64,000 nucleotides of DNA from Octopus sinensis (Eukaryota): the NCBI RefSeq assembly GCF_006345805.1, contig NC_042999.1:123132001-123196000 (forward strand), given 5' to 3'. Position numbers and translations under genes: made by a program. The notes under the pieces are model-generated. The model did not search any database, was not told where the DNA came from, and saw nothing but the letters and a program-made list of their open reading frames with translations. Of the stretch, positions 54,816 through 64,000 are shown one piece after another. Within the stretch, counting starts at the first letter, position 1; every line of letters starts with the position of its first letter.

Positions 54816-57800
54816 AATATCATTCCTTTTTTTGTATATATAATAAATAACAAGTAACACTTTGGTAAGATTTAAATCATGTATCTCCTTAATGCAAACA
54901 GAAAATTTGCATATTTTTGTTTGTTTCAAATTAAGCTACAAGTATTTACTTGAAATACATAGCACTCACCTAAACACAGACTCATAAATTTCATTTGGTT
55001 ACAGCTCAATGAGCCAGTCTTCTATTAATGTCAAATGTAGCCATATATCCCATTTTGGTTTCGTGTGTACTTAAGAATTAATCTGAAATTAAAGGGGAAT
55101 AAATTGCTAATGAATACCTAATTAATTTTAATAGATACTTGGCATCAATTGCTTGCAGAACATGCAAGAGACATCTGGTTCATATGTCAGTAGGCACCTA
55201 GTTATTGTCATTGTTGGGTTGTTATGAATGTGTGGGTGTTCACCCTTCTTGTGTACAAAAATCATCTCAGATATATATTTGTATTTTATTCAAACATGTA
55301 TAGAAATATATGCACGCACACACTTACTCCTCCAGGGATAGTTAACATATTTATAAATTTGGCAGCTAGTATGTAGCTATTGAGAACATAGTTACAAATC
55401 ATATAGATTTAAATTAACGCTATACAAGGCACTACCTACAGCTTCTCGCTTAACATATTCTTTTGTGTCTCCTTTAAAATTACTGTGCATCAAGCAACCA
55501 TCGTCACAAATTTCAGTCAGTGTTTTGCATAATGTCTAAATATTTGCTCCAAGATGTAAGAGTTGCAGCTGCTGCTGCCACTACTATTACTACTACACCC
55601 AACATTGGCATCTGTCAATCATGTCCAATACATTTCTTTAAAAAGGTGCATCTGCTGTCAGATAGTCAGAAGGAAATATAATTAACATGGTTCTTTTGAA
55701 AATGGTTAAAATGATATCTGTTCTTACAGTGTTTATGTAATTCTTGGGAATATGATGACTTTTTTTTCCAAAAATGCATTTGTATAGAATAATGGCAGAG
55801 AAGTTGTTTAGCTTTTATTCGATGCTAATGAGATATTATGGAAAAGTAGTTTTGAAAACAAACGAGGAATTTAGCTTGAATTTAGATGTCCATCAGGTTT
55901 TGGTTTTCATCCATTTCCTGTTTATTACACTTCTCCAGCAAAGACACGAGTTTTAGTTTGCAGCAAAGAAGGCAGGGTTCAGCTGTTATCTGAGAAGTGC
56001 CTGATATGCAGAAAAGGATGAGGTTCAAGTTTCAATGGTGTATCAAATGTAAACTATAGGTGCTTAAGAGTTGCAGTGAAATTCCACACCGGCCAGTTGA
56101 AATGTAAGGTTTTGTATGTGGCATGTGTGCAGAAGAAATTATCAGTAAAAATATTCATGAAATAAAATCTTTTAGATGCTTTTTTAAATGATTGGAAGGC
56201 TCCCTACAAGTATTTCATAGCTTTTGTAGCACAACTAAAAGTGGAAGTGGCTGTTACGAATAGGATAGAAGGCGGTGAAAAGATTTCAGATACTTGTACC
56301 AGTAATAAAGGGGTTTGCTCTGTTTGAGTGAAGAATGGACTATAATGCTTGTGCCTGAAGTGTGATGTTGCATTGAAGTAGAAGGCAAAGAATATATGAA
56401 AGTGGGAAAGAAATAAGGTGAACATGCTCTATTGGATGTGTTATGTTACAGTGCTTAAAAATGGAGCGCAAATGAGCTGTGAGAAAATCTGTGTATTTGA
56501 GGAATTAGATGAAATTTGCAAGGCAGAGAGGACCGTGCTAATACAGACTCATGAGGCATATACAGGATAACAGTTAGATAAAGTAATGACTAACAATCAA
56601 AATAAAGGGAGACTTTGGAAGAGAGAAAGAGAGTAATGAGGAAGCATTGATGCTGGATTTCAGAAGGTTAAACTTCATGAAAGGGATGAGAAGGAACTAC
56701 AAGAAGTGATAGGTTGCTGTAGAGAGGACCCATCAAATTCATGCAAGCCTGGAAACACATGTAAAAATGATGATAACCTATTTGTAAACTTTTACTGGCA
56801 CAGATACTACTGTGAACCAGTGATTTGTCTTCTGCATCCTGCCACTAGCTACACTATCATTCTCCAATAGCAATATGAAATGTAAATAAATACCTTATTA
56901 TTTGACAGTTCTTTTACTGTTCCCTCCAGTACTTGTGAAACTTTTTAAAGGTTTTCTTAAGTATATCTCTTCTTTCTTGTATTCATTAGTATACCAGAAT
57001 ACAATATAGCAAAAAGGCTAGTTATTGATCAGCTATCAATGCAGAAACTAGCTTGAATAAAAAGGTTTACCTCTTTTATTGCTACTATCTTTAATTAGCT
57101 TAAAATGATTCTACCTCTTTAAAGAGTATTGGTTTGTTAATTCCACCTTTCTCTCTTTGTTTTATAACAGAAGTTGTACACTCTTTCGTTGGGGAAAGAT
57201 TGCTAGATATTTTCGGAATTCTTAATAGTTAACATTAAGATAACTTATGTCACAGAATATAATTTTAAACATTGAATATTAATAAGTATTTCAGTAAGGA
57301 CGTACTGTCCACCAACTCATTCATCTAAAAACTGAATGAATTTATCTCCATATTGCTTTTAAATATTGAGAAAAATATTAAAGATTTTCTTTTCTGTATG
57401 TGTGTGAGTGCCTGTATGTATAGATGAATATAAAATTTCTTTTAAACAAAATCTTACAAGAAAAATGTCGTCCAATCATACCAGTAAATTAACTTCTATT
57501 TTTCTAAACAGTTTTACCATGACTGAGTGAATCTGTTGCCAGATCTCACTTTCGGTTGTAGTTGTTGGATATAAATCGAATGCTTAAAAAAAAATGCCGT
57601 AACTTTTGTTGAACAATAAGGTTGTCCTCCTACACATTGTATAATAATGTTGTCCACCTACACATTGTGGGAGAATGTGTTTTACATATGTATTACAATT
57701 TAAAGACTTTAATAAATATCCAGATGGATATGTTGCTGAAATTTATGTAACTTGAGGAAATTTTTTAAAATAGCAGTATATTTTACAGACAATTACATAT

Positions 57801-58942
57801 GCATATACATATTATATGTATATGTATAATATACATATAAATGCTCACATGTATAAATATATATATATATATACAAGTCCTAGTGGTTTAGGGTCTTAGT
57901 AATTTGTGGAAAATCATTTTACCTTTGCCCATATAATACAGTAACTGAATTGATTGCATCGTAATCATTAACATTTATGTATTAACTTTGTTGGGTACTT
58001 CACTAGCAGTATATTGGATATATGTTATCCCATGGAGGGTTGCTTTTATAACCCCTATCTCAATTTGTATATATATATAAATGAAACAAGAATGCAAGAC
58101 ATCCAGACAGTTAGGTGATATGAAAAAGGGACAACAAAACATCCAGACAGACGATGCAAAGAAAACAATGACGGGTCATTCGGAGTTTCCTTTCCTCAGT
58201 TGAGTTCCAGATTATCTTTGCAATTTCAGCTGGTTATACTTGAGATTGCTCCAATATGGCTAGCCCCAAGGAAAAACTAAGCTAAGAGCACTAGATTCCT
58301 TGGAATAAAGCAGCAAATGTATACGAAAACAAGGACAGCAAAAAAAGAAAATGGTACTCAAATACAAGTAACAGAACATTAACAATGGGTGTCTTTCGAC
58401 TAAGGATGAATTAAACTGGCATGTGTGGAAGCTAGTTATATAATATATGCATGATATAATTATAAACAAAGAGAATGGAATGAGGAAGTCCTTTTATTAC
58501 AGTAATTCACAATTTTTCATCTGAGTTTGATCTCATGAATATTGCTACATTATGCAATAACATATGCTACAATTGATTCAGGAGGTGTTATTCACACATA
58601 TCAAAAGTCAATTCTTCAGAATCATGCATAACATTTATTTGCATTACTGTTGTCTTATAGCTTGGACCTGTGGATGAGCTTAGTAAGAGTAAACTCCAAG
58701 ATTAATACCCAAATGAAATTATTTACATATACGTTGGTTGTCTACTCCTTATGCAGAGTTTGACCACTTCTTGTACCTACACCTTAGCACCGTCATGGCA
58801 TCTGATGTGGCTTTTTAAACCAGACAATGTTCTGAAAAGGCACCCACATAGATTGCATCTCTGATTTGGACCACCAAGAGCAGCAGATAAGTTCTGCTTT
58901 TTGTGGATCTTAAAACATATATATATATATATATATATATAT

Positions 58943-59042
58943 AACAAGAAGGATACCCAGCCTTAAAAAATTGTACCACAAATACCTCACCCATTCAGCC
59001 AATGCTTAATATGCAAAAATAAACATTAAATAAACAAAAAGG

Positions 59043-59094
<52 letters not shown>

Positions 59095-59194
59095 CCTTTT
59101 TGTTTATTTAATGTTTATTTTTGCATATTAAGCATTGGCTGAATGGGTGAGGTATTTGTGGTACAATTTTTTAAGGCTGGGTATCCTTCTTGTT
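58943..59194. repeat. Perfect 252-bp palindrome centred on (TA)n (102-bp unique arms)
   Basis: 58943-59044 is the exact reverse complement of 59093-59194. Confidence 0.93.
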
Positions 59195-60214
59195 GCTAGA
59201 CATGGCTCAATTTTCAAGTAAGGGATTATTTTTATGCTATAGGAATTTGAAAGTGCAGAGCGACCCGATGTTGACTTGACAGGAACTATCAAAAAATACC
59301 ATTAATTGTTGCCCAGCTGCAAACGGCGATATATGACTAGATGCAGTTGAGCTGCAAACAGCGATATTATCATGTGTAACTGCCACTGAGCATAAAATTG
59401 TGACTATAGGTGATGAAGTGACTGTAGGCATTCACACAGATACACATATATACACATCCACATTGTCACACACAGACGTGTCCATTTAGATGAAATTATT
59501 GTTATTGTTTATGCATTATTGTTGTTTAAGCATTATTACCTTCTTGGTTTCGTCTTGAGTGTACTCTTTCACCATTTTAGTCCTAGTGGTTTAGGGTCTT
59601 CAGATTATCAGGTGTTGGACTGGGTCTAGTTTTATTGTTTCTGTTGTTGCTTCAATCTATATTAAGGATTTTAGGCTCTTATATTTAATTGGTTCTGTAT
59701 GGAGGTTTATATTTAGTTATTGGACCAATGCATTTGAAAATCATAGCTATTAGAATTATTAGGTTAGATATTAGCTAGTTATGTTACTGTGGACTTCTCA
59801 CACATACACACACACATATATATATATTATGTGGCATTGTTGTTCAACTTGTATGGAATAACAAAACATTTACTGATGGCGGGACTCTATATTTAGTGGA
59901 GCAAAATTTATTGATAATATTGATTTGACTGGGACTTCAAGTCTCACTTTTAGCAGTTTCTTCAACCAGTCTGATAAAATAACCCATTAAAGCCAAATCT
60001 GAAGTCTTTGGCAAATCAATATTATCAATTCACACACACACACACATACAGTTATAGTAGTATTGTACATTAATAAATATTACTTAAAATTTCTGGGTTT
60101 CCTTATATTAAACAAATTTAGTTGCTTCTAAAATGTACACCTCTTAAGAAACTCAAAAGCCATATTACTTTCTTCAGAGGTTTCACATATTTTAATAAAA
60201 GTGTGGTTCTAATG

Positions 60215-60540
60215 TTGGAATCACATGGCTTAGTGTTGGACTCATAATCGTAATATTGTGGTTTCAATTCCCGGAGCAGGCGATGCATTGTGCTCTTGAG
60301 CAAAACACTTCATTTCATGCTGCATCAGTCCACTCAGCTGCAGAAATGTGCACCACTAGTAGAGTCATGTCACTCAGTGGTTAGGATGTTGGATTCATGA
60401 CAGTAAGATTGTGGTTTCAATTCCTGGAGTGGGCAGCCCATTGTATTCTCGAGCAAAAACTTCATTTCATGTTGTTCCAGTCCACTTAGCTGTGGAAATG
60501 AATTTGGCCTGGAGAAGGATGGGCTCCACCAGGCATTCTT
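60215..60540 (+). mobile_element. Two tandem SINE family C heads
   Basis: Both contain gtggtttcaattcc(c/t)ggag...ct(t/c)gagcaaaa..cttcatttcatg...cagtccact(c/t)agctg. Confidence 0.7.
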
Positions 60541-61130
60541 GTCCTAGAACCACTGCATAGCTGCAGCACCCCAATGGACCCCATGGGGCTAAGGGACTTG
60601 TCAGTTGTTAATTATGGTTCTAATGAACTATTATAATTACATGTTTGAATCAGTTCCCCCAAACTGAATCATTGGTTTGGCTTGGTTCTCCTTGTTCAAA
60701 TTATCGCCAGTTCTCCAAAAAGTGCAAACTACCAATGATAAACATTGGCAGTTCCTTACTGTAGTTATCACCGGTGACATTTGTCATTTCCAACTATGTT
60801 GTTCAAACCTGCGTACCTTATTGAGATTTCAGTCAGCCATTAAGTGGTAACCACTTTGCAAACTGATCTTAACATTAGTTCTGTACACATCATGAACTAA
60901 TGATCAACCAGAAATCATTTATACTTAGCATTTATATTCCATAAGCCAATATACTAAATATTTTATATACCATAAGACAATTTACTCAACATTATATATT
61001 CTGTAACATATTCTCTTCTTATGATACCAAGTTGTCTGAGACAGCTTCTCATTCTTTGATACAAATTACCTGTTTAAAGTGATCTAAATTAAAACCTTTT
61101 AAAATTTCATGTAAATATACTGTAACAAAA

Positions 61131-61340
61131 TAAGGTGGCAAATTGGCAGAATCATTAGCACACTGAACAAGATGCATAGTGGCATTTTATCTGTCATTAC
61201 ATTCTGAGTTCAAATTCCACTGAGGTCAATTTTGTCATCATTTTGGGAGGTCAGTAAAATAAGTAGCAGTTGAGCACGTGAGTCAATGTAATTGACTTAT
61301 TCCCTTCCTCAAAATTACTGGCCAAAATTTGAAACCAATA
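61131..61340 (+). mobile_element. SINE family A
   Basis: taaggtggcaaattggcagaatcattagcac...ttctgagttcaaattccactgagg. Confidence 0.8.
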
Positions 61341-62490
61341 TATGGTAACAAAATATTAATCATGTTCTTTATGCCGCTTCCTATTATGCTTTCTGTATTT
61401 AACTTTTATTCTCAAATATGCTAAACTTCATTGAAGTTTTGTTGTATTATATTGTCAATATGTTTTCGAACCATGCTGTGGTCAACTTTACTTTTCATTC
61501 TTTTGAGGTGAATGAAATACTGTGTCAATGATACTGACTTAGCTCTTCCCCTTGAAACTCTTGGCCTTGTGCCAAATTTAGGAACAGTTATTTTGTTAAT
61601 ATGTAATTTAGTTTAATGGAAAATTTTAAATTTTCTTTAAACATGATCTGTTAATGTAATGCAAATATGGCCTTCATCTATTTCCATTTTCTTAAGTAGA
61701 TGCATTGAAGTAAGCTATCTCTGTTAAGTTCAGTAGAAGGCTTCTTTATAATATGCCCATTGTTACTTAAGCACAGTAAGTCAATAAAACATTCATTAAT
61801 AACATAGTATTCCTCTTTTCCTGCAACATTGTGCTGCTCATTTCATGGTACTTATTTACAGCTTTGTAGACTGGGCCTGGCACTGATTTCATATGGAGGT
61901 CAACATAATCTATACAACTAGCTATGGCTACCATTAAACATAAGATCTCTCAACATTTATTTCAAAACATGTTTTTAATGATTTTACTAACTAAATTTAT
62001 GATGTTCAGATCAATGGTTCTTTGAATTGAAATCCAAATAATATCAAAATGTTTCCAATATATTGATGTAATAGAGAGTTATATCAATTCTCAAAGCACT
62101 CCTCATATAACTAATTATTCACTTGCAAATTTAAAAGAATTAATCTTACCATACTTTTCTTTTAATTCCTTCTATTCATTTTTTTTAATATTGAATATAT
62201 GTGTTTTGTAGCAATTTATCATATATTGTTTGAAATAGATTATAATTTCAGGGTAGAAATTATAATTTTTCTCATCTCAGTATGTGTCTATTATCACATG
62301 ACTTCATGTCTTTAATATTTTAAAATTTCTAAATGCTTTTACCCACTTTGAATACTACCATTATCATTAACAGAATTGCTTAAATGCATTTTCCTTCTTT
62401 CTTTTTTTATGTAATAGCTATTGTTCTCAGTTGTTACCACCTCTCTCTCTATCTGTCTATGTATACATGTGCATATATATATATATGTGT

Positions 62491-62543
<53 letters not shown>

Positions 62544-64000
62544 ATATATATATTGTACATATTAATTCATGTTATATAAGATTTAAAATGTATTTCTAAC
62601 CCATATCATCACTGGGCAGGTAACCAGCATTTTAAAAGATGTGATATCTTCCATTCAATATGATTTCACTGGGTTTTTGCCAAAGTTCTGTCTCTTTATT
62701 TTATTTCTTCATTCTCTCTCTTTTCTTCATTATACAAGCTGTTTTCTGTTGATCAGTCTATGTGATTCATTGTACAGTGGCGCCATTACTCCATAAGTAT
62801 GTCTATATTTGAAGAGAAAATGCGTGACAATAGTTGCACACTGGCTTCTTCAAACAGAGATATATGAAATTTGACTGAGGATGAATTGGATGATGGCTGC
62901 TATTCCATTCTGAAACAAATTCTGTTAGATATTGATCTGCTGTTTGTTCATAGGTTGCTGCATACATCAGGCTGTGTGTAGCTGTTCTTCCACATGGTTG
63001 TCTGTAAAAGCAGTTACGTACACTTGAAATAAATTAACTAGAATCACATTGCTACTACAGTGTGAGCTATTCGTCCAACTTAGCATACAATATTTTTCTG
63101 TTCACTCTGTCACAAGGCTGCTTTACTATTCTCTTGCTACAGATTTACAGAAGATCAGATATACATTTATTTGATTCTATAAGTCTTTCCAATAACCTTC
63201 AGAGGTCATCTTTTTTTCCGTTTTTTCCTTTCTTTCTGTTTTCACATTTTTGTTTTTGCTATCAGAATAGCATCTATATTAATTTTTCATCTTACATTCT
63301 TCCTTCAGCTCTTCTGTGCTGAAGCTTATCATTTTTGGTGGAAAACTGCACATTATTTAGTGATCTATAAAGGTCCGGGTATATGGCATTTGATATTGTT
63401 TGTATTTTTCTTTCTCCTGTGTTTTTTTTTTTTATACATGAAGTAGTTATTGATACATATATCAAGCAATGAACAAATAGTTAGCTGAAAAGCTAGATGG
63501 TTCATTTCAAAAGGATATATCATTTTAGTTTTACTTCAACTTTATCACCTGTAGATACTAGACATGCCAATGGTAATGCCTAGAGGGTGACAGGTTATGA
63601 ATATAAGTCCCGCATATACTTCAGTATATCAGTGAAGATAACTATAATCAAAGTGTATTGTATTTATAGATATGTACACATGTATACGCACTCACGCATT
63701 AATCATATGTAAAACTGTTTACATACAAAATATGTGTGTGAATATATATATACACAATGTTCCTTCAGACTTTTATTCTTCATGAAGTGGTAGAGGAACC
63801 ATCATGATATATGGGAGGTCCCAAGCATTTTTAGACTTGGCAGAAGCCATTCCTATCCAGGTCTGACTACACCTAATGACATCCAGAAAGGAACATAAAA
63901 AGACAGGAAAAAAGGAAAAAGAGAGGGTGAAAGCAAAGAATTAACCCCAATAGGAGATTGACATTTATTGATACCAAAATTATGAAAGGCCAAAGCTTAA

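Noticed and set aside
55600-56100. Cys-rich stretches (KCLICRK, WCIKCK) suggestive of a piggyBac C-terminal domain
   Set aside because: Too degraded; no DDD domain or TTAA/TIR found.
58165-58210. Minus-strand CTGAGGA-AA-GGA/TCC-GAAT...GTC
   Set aside because: GAAU instead of GAAA and stem I out of register; at best a dead variant.
57169-63010. Acceptor-like sites at ~57169, ~59248 and ~60710 and a short open frame near 62870
   Set aside because: Missing or weak donors, in-frame stops, or no recognisable protein.

Overview
AT-rich eukaryotic DNA saturated with microsatellites. The SINE/LINE repertoire looks cephalopod, probably Octopus (inferred from recognised repeats, no database search). 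No recognisable multi-exon host gene; only four short plus-strand exon candidates, so the window is probably mostly intron or intergenic. Almost all ORFs in the supplied track are microsatellite or antisense artefacts. The main coding feature is a near-intact ~5.1 kb RTE-clade LINE (45793-50881) encoding APE endonuclease, RT and an embedded PHD-type zinc finger, broken by one 1-bp frameshift. There are also decayed RTE, CR1/L2, Penelope, mariner and Helitron remnants and many tRNA-derived SINEs. The most notable signal is non-coding. A 557-bp unit at 10734-12020 is arranged as inverted arm plus tandem copies and carries three minimal type I hammerhead ribozyme motifs with intact catalytic cores, a retrozyme/Penelope-like arrangement. 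Hammerhead-like motifs, some degenerate, also occur in at least three other repeat families in the window, including a tRNA-headed SINE. All ribozyme calls were made by eye and are untested.
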